NCBI GenBank assembly: GCA_976226885.1 | Contig: OZ320321.1 | Location: 15,996,001 to 16,060,000, forward strand | DNA from: Iphione sp. A-MEVVRFRX5 | Lineage: Eukaryota | DNA length: 64,000 bases | Reading direction: 5' to 3' | Translations under genes and position numbers: made by a program | Part shown: piece after piece, positions 1 to 13,500 of the stretch | Layout of the letters: every line of letters starts with the position of its first letter | Position numbering within the stretch: position 1 is the first letter of the stretch | Notes under the pieces: generated by a model | What the model was told of the DNA's origin: nothing | Seen by the model: the letters and a program-made list of their open reading frames with translations, nothing else | Databases searched by the model: none

Positions 1-314
1 TCCGTGTGCATAGAGTCAAGCAATCTCTCCTGTGAACATTCATAAAGAGTTTAATATAATAAGCAAAAATGTATCTCTTCATTGAGGAAATGATTAGGGG
101 GTGTTTACCATGAGAGTGGGCTTTATTATTTCCACTCCCTTTACCAACTCGAAACAAGGTTTCATGTCTTAAAAACTATATTATGCTTGAGAATCGAGAC
201 GTGTTAGAAATTCGTCTTGATCAGATTGTCAACATGTTGGTGCTCTTATCCACGAACGTTGTGCTTTACTACGACTCTTTGCTGTACCATTAGTCAGATT
301 GAAGTGTTACCAAA

Positions 315-790
315 GCAAATATAAATGATACGGTAATCTTTGTGTGGCTTATCGTCATAAAGAAGTATTGATCGAACACTTATTAATGACACATTTATTT
401 TTGTGTGTGATTTATAGTCATAAGGAAGAGGTGGTCCGACCAAATGTATATTATGATGCATTTATTTTTGAGTGATATATTGGCATAGAGAAGGTTTAGC
501 CGACCACATTTAATATAAATGATACATTTATTTTTGTTTGATATATTGCAAAACAGAAGGATTGTCTGTCTAAATGTAAATAACACATAATTATTTGTGT
601 AATATGTTGTCGAATAGAACTGTTATCTGTCTAAATATAAATGATCGATTTATTTGTGTGATATATTGTCCTAAAAGAATATTTTCTGTCTAAATGTAAA
701 TGATACATGTATTTTTTTATTATATAAAGTCATGAAGAAATGTCATCCGTCCAAATGTAAGTGATAAATTTATTCTTTGTGATACATGGA
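315..790. repeat. Degenerate ~60-bp tandem repeat, about 8 copies
   Basis: Recurring AAAT(A/G)TAAATGATAC..TTTGTGTGATATATTGTC..TCTGTC at about 60-bp spacing. Confidence 0.8.
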
Positions 791-3053
791 TTTGATGGTG
801 CATTTGGTTTTCGACATTCTCCTCGTTTTGTTCAACAGCAAAGAAGCAAGAACTATTTTAATTGCTTTACATACTGCTGAAATGTGGCATCAAATAGTGA
901 AACGTCACATTCAGGAGAGATTACAATGTAACAGATCTCCTGAATTCTAGACAGCATGGTAGAAGTACTCAAAGTGATTTTCTTGATTGCACATGTAATA
1001 ATAATATGACCGCAATGTGAACAAGAACTGAAATCCAGAGAGAGTTTCTCGGAAGCGGGAGCTGTGTAAATTGACACACTAGAAATATGGTGTAAAAGCA
1101 TGCTTGCACAGAAGTGTTATACAAGCAGTTAAATGCAGATAATCGATCAAAAACAATCAGGAATAATCATTTTAGTGTTTGTCCAAGAGTAATGATATAA
1201 TTATATGATTGGCTTGAATCAAAAGTTTGAGCAGCAATAAGTGTCTTTAATGCTGTAATGAATGTCATTAAAACACGCAACAGTGAAGATGCCTTATTAT
1301 TCATATACATAGTATTATATATGCAGACATATATATATGCATCTTCATTTTTATGTATTTGAATTAATTCCGTCCTTTATTTATTATTCTGTGATACATA
1401 ATTTGTTACAATGAAAGCAAAAGCAGCTAAAAGGAATATAAAAAAAACTCTAAGCAGAAACTTATTTTATCAACTCTGATATATCACATGTGCAGAGTAT
1501 AATTAACTCCCTGGGAAAAGTTGAATGTACAGTGAACACTTTGCTCATGTGTTCATGTATGTATGATGTTAAAGGGAAAAGTGCTGATCACACATACACA
1601 TGGTGCATATTTTACATAAGTAAGTAAAGGCTCTAGTTCTGTGATGTGAATTTTACGGAAAATAAATTGGATAATGAAACATTGCCAATTCAGTTTCTGA
1701 AGTATACGTATCTTAAAAACCAAGTAGAATTTCGCTGATGCTGTGAAGCCGCATCGCTGAAACGCATTGTAATAATTTTGCTGGTATAAAATCATTTATA
1801 AACCTTGAGCCCAGGTTGAATCCAGTGGTCAGGTTGCTGTGACGTACTCTTCGTTAATATCATGCGACAGTACTGATAGCTGTTCTCAATACACTTTCAA
1901 CGGTTCTATAAGTCTTTGTCAAATGATGGAGAATAAGGAGAAATCGGAAATTTTCTAACTGACACGTTTTTTCACTTAATTTTCTCCACTAAGTTTTTAC
2001 AGCTATACCTTTAAAAAGGGAATAAAGTATCACCAGTATTATTCTATCAATAAATTAATAATAAACCAATCTTAGCATGAGAAGTATTGTAAGTAATTTT
2101 ATACCGTCAATTTAACAGGCGAGGTATCGGTAGAATGATATGTTAAGCTTTTTGACTGCACATGAAGCACCACCTCACTATTCCACCCACACCACTATTC
2201 ATTTGGTACAGAATGAGACCATTTCATATATTTAAAAACTCACTAATCTAGTGCCCTCACTATTGCACACATAATGATTTGGTACCAATCAGTGTTGAAA
2301 CACCCAGGTTTCAAAACATGTAATTATATCCTATCATCAAACCCTCTGAGACAGAAACATCCCCTAAACAAAGACGACAAATGCGAGAGGTGACAGGGTC
2401 AATGTTATACTGACTAACGTTGCAATCCATTTAGACAAGAATAATATAAGCCTTCGTGTGACTGTATGTCCAGCAACAGAATTAAAGCTATTGCATGATA
2501 AACATATCCCACAAAATAACATAAATATTTTGTCCAACAACAGAAATTAAAGCTATTACATGATGAACATACCAAAAATAACATATGGATATAGGCTTCT
2601 GCACCCAACGTGACTATACATACGATTGAAAACAATATGGTAGACCAAGTTTGGGACTTGTCAATTTTAATCTCTCCGATGGTTTGGTCGCATTAGACAG
2701 CATCTATACAGAGTAATATACAATGTAAAATAATGGGCTCTGAGAACCCAGCAAAGACAAAAAAGTTTGAAAACATTTTAACTATCTTGTTTTAAAAAGT
2801 TTTAGAAATGTTAAAGGGAATTATCTCGCAAACGTTCTAAAATCATTTTTGGTAAAGGTTTTGAAAATGTTTCTATATACACTTAAATTTCAAAATTCAG
2901 AATGGACCTTCTACACACAATGCACAACACACTGTGAACACATATATAACATTATGTGAACCCTGCCTTATATATTTCCCTGCTGCATGTGTGTATATCG
3001 ATTATGAATTTTAAATATGTGTGGAGTTTGAGGAGACTTAGTGGAATATCATT

Positions 3054-6000
3054 TTACAGAAGTGAGCACACGTGGCTATTGGTCGCTTTGAATGTTACTC
3101 CTCCGTTGGCCATTCCATTGTCGCCGTTGGCCTTGGACTCCGGCTTCTTCTGGTCCTCGCTGCTTTTGGCACTCGGTGTCTCACCATTCGCAGCTCCCCC
3201 GGGTGGATGATTGAGGAAGTACGTGGTCATTAAGCCCTTACCTTTGACCTCGATCTTTCCACGTTCCTCTATGTTATACTTGCCATCGTCTTTTATTTTG
3301 CTGAAAAAGTTCAGACGTGGATGTAAATGATCCAATAACCATAGGGTGCGAGAAACAATACCCCCCCCCCTCCCGCTTGTGTTTTATTGTAAATATTTTG
3401 AAGCACAGGTACCTGTGAGTCTCGGTCATTCTGGCAGATCACAATCAGTCAGAGATGAAGTTTCCCAGGACCTGTCTCTCTGGGCCAAAACATTCTTATT
3501 TGTCTTTGAGATGGAAATGTAATCTAAACACGTATCCATCCATTCAGGCTTTGTTTATATACGTACATACATGCATATATGAGAATACATTCATATAAGC
3601 TACTAGTAAACAGTTTTCTGTTGTCTTGATGTAAGAAAGAGAGCAGAGGGTGTGTTATATATCCGGTGTGAATGAGGAAAACAAAGGGAACTGGGGTTCT
3701 CTGCCACAAAGTTCAAGGAAACAGTCCTGGTTCCCTGACATTTCTTAGTGGTCCTATAACAACACTATCCACACAGATCAAAGTATGTTAAAATATTCTT
3801 TGTTTCTTTTATTATCCAAATAACTCGGGGGAGGGGGGCAGGAATCCATGGCGTAGACCCGGCAAAGGCTCTGAGGCTAAGACAGTTTTTCCAGGTGCAC
3901 ATCTATCCACTTTGTATATGCAGAGGGGACTTACGTGAAAAACCCAAAAACGTATAGAAAATGCCTGGCTTCTCTCGGTCTGTCCGATCACTTCACTTGC
4001 TGATGTGTGGCAGCTGGTAGGTTGATTTAAACAGTGACAGTTCTCAACTTGCTCGTTTGAGGTCATTTTGTCTATACATAATGTAGTATATTCATGCATA
4101 CATATATACGTATACCTTCATGCAGCCTGTTACATGATCTTACAGGGATAATAAGAGACAGGCTCCAGGATACCATCATCAACAACGTGTACATGGAAAA
4201 GCCACCCAAGTATCTTAACAATACGTACGCATATGTGAAGGGGCTGAGGTGGATTCTTCCCGGCAGGCCATGACTCTCCATACGAGAGGCAGTGTTGACG
4301 GTGTCACCAAAGAGACAGTATCGAGGCATCTTATCGCCCACCACACCGGCCATGACAGGACCGCTATGGAGGCCAACACGGATCTGAACGTCAGAGGAAA
4401 AAAAAATCATAGAAACATGAGATAACACCATTACATTACACTAGTAAGCCAACATGGATCTGAATGTCAGAGAAAAAAGCCCACAGGAATATGAGAGATA
4501 ACATCATTACTTTATAATAGTAACATATAAGTAGGTCAACACGGATCTGAATGTTAGAAGGAAATACCATCGAAACATAACACCATTACATTACACTAGT
4601 AGGCGAACACAGACCTGAATGTTAGAAAAAAATACACAAGGAATGTGAGAGATAACACCATTACTTTACAATAGTAACATATAGTAGGTCAACACAGATC
4701 TGAATGTTAGAAGGAAATACCATAGAAACATGATAATACCATTACATTACACTAGTAGGCCAACACAGACCTGAATGTTAGAAAAAAATCCACAAGGAAT
4801 GTGAGAGATAACACCATTACTTTACAAATAGTAGGCCAACATGGATATGAGTGTTAGAAAAAAACCCACATAAATATGAGGGATAACACCATCACTTTAC
4901 ACTAGTAGGTCATTACATTACACTAGTAGGCCAATACAGATCTGGTCATTAGGAACAAAATCCATAGAAACATGAGAGATGATACTATTACATTACACTC
5001 GTAGGCCAATACAGATCTGGACATTAGGAACAAAATCCATAGAAACATGAGAGATGATACTATTACATTACACTCGTAGGCCAATACAGATCTGGACATT
5101 AGGAACAAAATCCATAGAAACATGAGAGATGATACTATTACATTACACTGGTAGGCCAATATGGATCTGAACTTTAGAATAAAAACCACAGAAACATGAG
5201 GGATAACATCATTACATTACAGTAATAGGCCAACATGGATCTGAACATCAGAGAAGAAAATCCATAGAAATATTAGGGATAACATCACTACATTACACTC
5301 GTAGGCCAACATGGATCTGAATGCTAGGCAAGAAAACCCCCATAGAAATATGAGAGATAACACCATTACATTACACTAGTAGTATAAAACAATGATGAAA
5401 TACACTCTGTAATGTATAAGTGCCCTAACTTGGAACTTCTAGTGGTTGGTTGTCTTCTGTCCTCTGAATGATGAAATTTGTAAGCTGTAGATAGCGGTTA
5501 TAATTTAACGTAAAGCATTTCGGGTTAGCTCGGAGGTTAAACAGAAACTGAGGTGGAGGGGAGTCCGAAATTATCCACTAAAGGGTCAGTTAAGTCTGTA
5601 GATATGGTGGTGGGGCGAGGGTGTAATATCACTGAAGAACTCCGCTTGTCTCACACTGATGACCTGTAAGATTTCCTTTTAAAGACTCTCAAAGAGATCC
5701 ATGCCCTTACACTACTAAAGTTACGGGTCATTATGTTTTGCTCGACGAGACTGATAACTCTGTCTATGCCTTATTGCACAACTTGATCGTGGTGACAAAC
5801 GTAGATGTGTGACTGTCCTAGGTACAGTAGAGTCTGTGGCAACTGGGAACGCTCTACATAGGTTCCCAGTGGACCCGTCCCTATTTAGAGAGTGTCCCTT
5901 TGTCCTCAATGGTACCATGAAAAGGGCTAAATGTGATGCTCTTCGCAGTCTCAGAATGTGAGCTGTCACGGCAGTCCCCGGTCATTAGGATCTACCATAT

Positions 6001-9000
6001 CATGTTTGAAACTAGACCTTAATGAACCGGTTTATTTAGAAATTGCATGAGAGGTTTCACACATATCCACTGTACTTTTTATGGTGTGTCGTGCATTGTG
6101 CGTAAACCCCACATTGAGTGCGTGAACCAATGAGATGCGTATGGCTACCAGATACATGTACTCCCTGCAGTGCTTTTCTATGTGGAAACGCAAACAGATG
6201 CCTAAAACCCAGCACCAGACCGATTCGACAAACACTATAACAGACGCGTTGGTTATGCTAACGTATGCACGTGAAGAGAGTAACTATAAAAGCCTTGGTT
6301 TGGGGTTGTTATGCAATTACCAAAACGCATCTGTTAGTGTCACCAACGTGCACATGTGAAACTGGCCTAAGGATTCTACAGGTATGGTCTAATGTCCTCT
6401 TGGATAGAAAGATGCTGACCTGCAGTGGTTTACCGGTCGCCGGAGACATGACAGTACCAGAAGCCACGATCATGTCCAGGGACATGTCGCAGACCTTCTG
6501 GGCATGCACCTTGCTGGGTTCAGGGACCCCTCCAACCACCATGTAGGCGTCACCAATCGTTTCCACCTGTAAGGGGTGTGTAAAAGATTTTTAATCCCTT
6601 TCTCCTAGTAGTAAAGATATGGGGTACTTTAAAAAAATGAAATTTAAATAAACATAGGTATCATTCTTTCCTTATCATAGCTAGTAGAGGATGTCACAAT
6701 TTAGCTCACTCTTTCTTACACTTTATTGAAATGATCATATGTTTTAGACACAGACCGACATAGCATTGCTAAGAGTAATATGTCCACCCTTAGGGAATAG
6801 TAGGCCCAGTGCAAATTCAACATACTTAATAATTATAATAACAATAATAATAATAATTATAATTATAGTAATAATATTTTTATTGTTATAAACATCTTTT
6901 ATAATGCAGGAAAAAGATTTTCGGAGTATGACAGTACTTCAGGAAGGCAGGAATAGGATTAGCAAGCAGGTATTTATTTTATAATAATGATAATCAAATA
7001 AAAGAGAAACTATATTAAATATACCTTGTAAACATCGTGTTTGTTGGTGAGGAAGTCGTACTTGGAGTACATGGCATTCAACATGTCGACGATCTGGATG
7101 GGCTTGACGGCGGCGGCGATGTTGGTGAAAGTGACGATGTCGGTGAACAGGATCGTTACCTCCTCGAACGTTTCTATTCATCAAACAGAAACAAATACAT
7201 GTATATATCTATCAGTTCACGCATGGAATTGTGTACTCAGCATATACAGGAGAGGGATAGGGAAAGAATCTGGTATGACACGATGTAGTAAGATATAATG
7301 ATCAAGTGAAATGAGATTAATGTAAAACGAGATCGACAGTAGAAAAAACGAAAAAGTATATATAATTTGTGATATACTTTACTCTTGGGTCCTGTAAATA
7401 TTCACTGCCAAAATGAGAGAATACATTTTGATACAGACTCTGTTTTAAACTTCCTTAATGGTATTTTCACCATCAAGATGATGTATCTAATCATTCTGTC
7501 TTGAAGTATTTTCGGATGATCACAGTTCAATCCTGTTCATATCACTGATAAACTGAAGCGACAAGACAACCTAAGAGCATCTAAGTACCTTCAAAGGATA
7601 AAAAAAGCTCTGATGAAGCTACCGATGTGGATTCTCTTTCGATTATCAACACAGGACTTTGTACATCATAATATAATCACCAACCATTGTTAGTACATTG
7701 TATATGTACTTGATCGCAAAATATTATCAGTCAAACTCCACCCCAGACCAGTAAAAAGAACCAATTTGTAACCTTGCAGAAAATGTACACTTTTGGGACA
7801 AACCTCTTGGACTTCGCCTTAAGCATCATGCTTAATTTACTTGTGTATCTGTGTGTGTGTGCGTGTGCATGCATTTTCATGGCTGTGGCACCATGTTTTC
7901 AGCCTGTTTGGGGGGAACTATGATAATTAACAGGGATATCTCCGTGTGTGTGTAGTATGTTCTGTGTAGGATTTCAGTGTGTAGCAGGTTTTTGGAGTGG
8001 GAAACGTCCCAATTTTCCTCTTCGTGTACAGATGTTCATGTCTGTTTTCAAAGGGTCTATGGAAATATACTGGCGTAATACAAGGTTTCACGCTGTTTCT
8101 ATTGTGTGGAAATATGCAGTTTGTGCTCAAGACATATTTAACATGATTCTTTCAACATCAGTTATTGTATACTGGTATGCAAAACACATGCACACAGCCA
8201 TGCAAAATGGGACATGTCCCATTCCAAAAACATAATAATTTGTCCATGAAAACACAGTACATACTAAATGTGTACATGGAGATACCCTTTGTATTAATGA
8301 TAGTTCCGCAAAAACAGTGAAAAAACAGTGAAAACACACTGGCACAGCCATGAAAGCATGCATTCATGGATATTGAGCATTAGTCTGGACAGAAGTGCTG
8401 AGCACCAACAGAGTTCACATTATAAGAAGGCCTTTGTACCTATAATTAAAGCACGACGGTCAACTTTTTTTCTCTTTGGCCCTGTGTGGGGAAGTGTGCG
8501 AATATATTGCGTATTGTCACTGTTTGGGATTAGCGTTCATAGGTGTGAGAGAGCAACGGACTGCCTCACTTTAAAGCATGGCTCCTCCCCCCCCCCCATC
8601 GCAAACGTACCAATTCAAACGTGCCAATATAGTCCACATCCGTGTCCACAGCATGGCTTGTGGAGGATTCGAACCCATGCCATCAGGTTGAGGTGTCTAC
8701 AGTAAGTATTGAGAGACTAGAATATCTGAGGTTGCCCCCTACTCTTATTTTTAACAGGTTGCTGGCCTCTTTTCGTACACAGGGAATCGAATTTTATACA
8801 CCCACCGCCTTTATGATGAAGTTGTGGACCACTCTGGGCTGGTGCTACAGAAAACCTGTCTGGCTTTGATCAAGAGTACCCAGGCTCAGGATTTAACATT
8901 TAGACAGACATAATATTCATCCATTGATTTTCCATGAATTCAGGCCTTTTATAGGCACCAATGTACGCACCGGCGTCGACTTTCTTGCCGTCTCGGAGTG

Positions 9001-10434
9001 AATTGGCGACTTTCTCTGGTAACATCTGATAGAGAAGCATGTCGGTTTTCTTCTTTTCCTTGGCCAGGAGTCTGGAGGTGCGCGCTAGCTCGGCCGACGT
9101 CTCCTCCAGCCGCACGCTGAAAACAACGTTAAGAGAGACTACCTGCATGCTAGGCCAACAAAAAAATTGTATTTGTTTCTGGTAACATGTTGAAAAAAAA
9201 TGTAGGGTCGATAGGTTGGTGGATTCTTTTTTATTTTCTTCGTACAAATTGCAAACTGAAAGAGCTAGGCAGTACCTGTCAGCCCTCATACTATCAATTC
9301 TAGTGCTTGGGATTTAGTAAAAGGTACAAAATTATAAAAGCTGAGGTCACTAAGGACGAAAACGGTGTATAGTATTAGTCTTTATCCATTAATCCTGGCC
9401 AAGATATTTACAGAACAACAATAAAATAAAATATTCCACCAGCACTAAAATCAGGGTGGGTCGGGTTACCAGAAACAGGGATATATTTTAGTAGGCCTAA
9501 TCTTTATGCATTTTTAATTCTACAATTCAATATTTAAAAAAAAAATCAATGACTGTCTCTGTGTACTTCCTGTGCTTTAGGGGCGTTTACTTCCCAGTTG
9601 TCAGCTCAGTTGTTTCATGTGTGTTCTTCAATTTAATAATACAGGTATTGATGAAAATCTCAGTTGTCAGCTAGCCCGCTTCCTTACCTAATATTGAGCT
9701 AAATCATACTTGTTTATTCAGTTGTTTGAGATGAGTCCTTCCCCACCAGATATTGATCTCAATAATACTTCATCATTCAGCTGTTTGAGATGCGTGTTTC
9801 CTTATCTATTATTGATCGAAAACCTACTTGTCAGCTAAATCGTTTGAGACTCCGGCCTTCCTTCAGCTGTTTGACACTTGTGGCCTCCTTACCTGCTTTC
9901 ATTCTCAGTTTACCTAATATCTCAGTTTATCCAATATCGACCTCAGTTTACCTAAGATCTCAGTTTACCTAGTATCAATCTCAATTTACATATTATCTCG
10001 GTTTACCTAAAATCAATCTAAGTTTAACTCAAATCTCAGTTTACCTAATATCAATCTCAGTTTACCTAATATCTGAGTTTACCTAATGTCTGAGTTTACC
10101 TAATATCTCAGTTTACCTAGTATCTCAGTTTACCTAATATCAATCTCCGTTTGCCGCAGCTGATTGAGCAGCACGAATTCGCGGGTGTTGTCGAAGACGG
10201 GCAGGTCACAGATGAAGAGCTGCTTCTCTTGTAACTCGGTGAGAGTGCGCAGGCGCGGCGAGCAGATGAAGATCACGTGCTCGTCGTCCAGCCTGATCAT
10301 CTGTCCTGTCAGGAGCAAGATAAAAGTAATTAGATATTGTAACGTGAGCCTGGTCTGAAGAGCAGTGGTCCGGCAAATGAAAAAAAGGTCCACACGGAAA
10401 TGATCTGGTTCACTCCAAGTGCAGAACTCTGCTG

Positions 10435-10506
<72 letters not shown>

Positions 10507-13500
10507 ATTGCAGTGAATTTATTCCAGAAAACATCTGATAACAATTACATAATTAATGTCCTATGCAGTATCAAAACAAACAGGAAAAAAATAGACCTTG
10601 AAATAGGCTTGTAGAAAGCAAACCTATACAAACCTTTCAAAATGATGACGGGATCATTTCCTGGTGGCTTCACCGAGAGGACAAAGCAGGTTTTAAAGAA
10701 GTCAATGATGTCGGCGAAGTTTATAGCCATGCGGGGGTGGATAACCTCCACAACGTCCGTGAGTCGTTTTCCTGCCTTCAGAGTTGGACAGTACATCTGT
10801 TGAATGAACGCATTGTGTCATACAGAGAAGCTGAATCCTCTACCTTACAAATTCATCTGAAAGATCTCTATAGTCCCCTGCCTGCATGGGATAACATTTA
10901 ATCTGTATGGAGCACCCATAATAGCTTTTCTTCTTCTAAAGACCAGTATCAACTCAGAATTGAGACCACCAATGGGACCAGGCAAAACTGCCCTTAACTG
11001 CAAGTGGCCCTCCTACCTGACTTGTTATATTATAGAAAATTATACTATCGGGACCAACCAAACTCGCCCTTAAATCCTGAGTTGCCCTCCTAGTTGAGTT
11101 GCCCACAAGGTGAGTTGATACTGTATTAATGAGCTAGCATAATTAGAATTAAGGGGCCTTTTCCATGTATGCAGGCTGTATGGCCCTGTATGCTGGTGTG
11201 GATCGACCGTACGGTGAACAAGTCTGTTCGTGTCTGCATAGAGGGCCATACAACCCACATACATGGAAATACACTAGTTGAAAATAGTGGAGTCATATTC
11301 CCCAGATCTGTACAACCCGCATACATAGAAAGGGCCCCTAAAGGACATTATTAAGGAAACACTGTTGGCATGGGTCACACGCAGGGAATATTATAAACTA
11401 TGGCAAAAACTAATTCATAATATCCTCCCGCTTAACCAGGGAATAATTGAGGGCAAATACACTTTTTTTCTTTTAAAATTAGGTATACTACAGCATAACT
11501 GAGATAACTCAAGTGTCTTGACTGCATTGAAACTGCGTTCCAACATTATAAAGCGCACTATCATCACAATGTCAAGGTCGAACATGAGGTTGGTAAGAGC
11601 GTGAGTGGGTTTGAATCAAGAAGATTTGGTTCTCAAATTGACATATCGAAGGAATGGAGGCGAGCTTTGAAGGTAACAATTGAAAAAATCTGTAAAGTGA
11701 AATTTAGCTTACACCCTGTTTGTCTAGATGTGCTTTTAAAATCTACGAATAGGCAAATTGTGTATGCTGACTATGATCATGTGTTAAGCGCTATCCCCAT
11801 AGACACGAATTATCCGCACACACATAGTGGCGTGGTGCGGATTTCCTGGACTATCCCGCAACAGGTGACGGGGCCTATCCCCATGTACGCGAACTATTCG
11901 CCACCCTAGGAGGGCTGAGAATACAATAGAATAGAACAGAATAGACAGGAATTCAATGAGATCTGCACAAAAACACATTTTTTACACAAATTTGACAGGA
12001 ATTCAGTGAGATCTGCACAAAAAAACACATTTTTTACACAAATTTGACAGGAATTCAACGAGATCTGCACAAAAAACACATTTTTTACACAAATTTGACA
12101 GGAATTCAACGAGATCTGCACAAAAAGCACATTACTTACACAAATTTGACAGGAATACAGTGAGATACACATAGACATAGACACAGACAGACATAGACAT
12201 AGACATAGATATCACAAACACAGTGCGTATATTCTATTATCAGCCCGCACAAGGTGGCGTGGTGCGGGATTCCCAGACAACAAGCGATCACCCCGCACGC
12301 AGCAGGTGGCGTGTCCGGGCATCCCGCGCACATGGGGGTAGTTCTATCTTAACTGCTTGGGCCGGACATCCCGCACTTCACGCACAGAGTGGCGGATGCG
12401 AAAGGTTCGCGTCTATGGGGATAGCGGTTTAGGGTCTGCGCATCGACCGTTTGTCATGGATGCAAATGGTAAAATTGGTGAGAATATATTTGGCAAGGCC
12501 TTGATGAAAGTAAGAGATGAGTTCAAAAAGATAGCGCAATGATATGCGAGGCTGTGCACTGGGTGACTAATTGTAGATTATACTTATGTTGTAGAAATGT
12601 ATATCAGGACGGCTAGGGTCACCCCTATTTACAAAAAAGGGAATAGGGAGCTGCTAACAACTACAGACCTGTGTCTATCATACCAACTCCTGGCAAGGTA
12701 TGTGAGGACTGGTTTGTCAATGACATCAATCGGTTCTTGGAGAAATCATCAAAACTCTCATCAGTGCAGCATGGGTTGCAGAAAAAACACAGCAAAAAAA
12801 CTGCTGTTTCTAGGATACTGAACGTGGTACATGAACTACTCAATGCTGGGAGACTGGTCTGCCTGATGATATATAACCTAAAAAAGGCATTCGATCTGGC
12901 ACCGTCTACTGAAGTGATCAACAGGCTGAAAGAGTTTGGTATAGGTAAAAAAACTGAATCCATGGTAAGAGGCTATTTCATTGATAGTAGGGGCCTTGAG
13001 GGCGGAGTGCCCCAGGGATCAATTTTCGGTCCCCATGCATTTGGTATCATGAATAGTCTGGAAGCAGCCCTACCAGCACATGCAACATTAGTGATGTATG
13101 CAGATGATATCATGATTATAGTGGAGGAAGATGACATCGAGGAATTATGCAGACTAGCCAACACGGTGACAAAGCTAATCCTGGAATGGAATGGGAGGAA
13201 TGGTCTTGTGGTCAGCAAGGAAAAATGCTCCTATATGCCTATGGGCGGCCGGGCAGGAAAGGACTCAGGGCTACAAATAGGTATTGAGGACCTAAAGATG
13301 ACTAAATGTGTTAACCTGCTAGGGTACTGGATTGATGGAAAACTGAAAATGAAGGAGGAACTGAGAAGGCTGAAAGGCAGGATGTGGCCAGCAGCGATGC
13401 GTATAGGAAGGCTGAAAGGGATACTGCTGAAGGAGGCCAGGTCTATACTTTTCAAGTCCCTGGTACTGTCCCACTTGCAGTATCATGCTGTAACACTCTT

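Larger units (their letters stand above)
11508..12542 (+). pseudogene. NADAR/YbiA (DUF1768)-like ORF interrupted by a MITE, antisense within sGC intron 7
   Basis: Joining 11508-11790 to 12427-12542 gives 132 open codons: [65 protein letters not shown]. By eye this follows the NADAR pattern E..FQ..KA / AK.LG / KF.QH..L...LL.T..R.LVEA..D / G.N.LG..LM.VR. In-frame TAA codons at 11496 and 11505 cut off the N-terminus. Confidence 0.75.

Noticed and set aside
853-2635. Short minus-strand ORFs downstream of the sGC stop codon
   Set aside because: No coherent exon chain or recognisable domain.
4923-5189. ORF with a three-times repeated peptide
   Set aside because: It is a by-product of the minisatellite.
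4370-5385. Regularly spaced repeats resembling a CRISPR array (also 16501-17030)
   Set aside because: Whole units repeat with no unique spacers, there are no cas genes, and the context is a eukaryotic intron.
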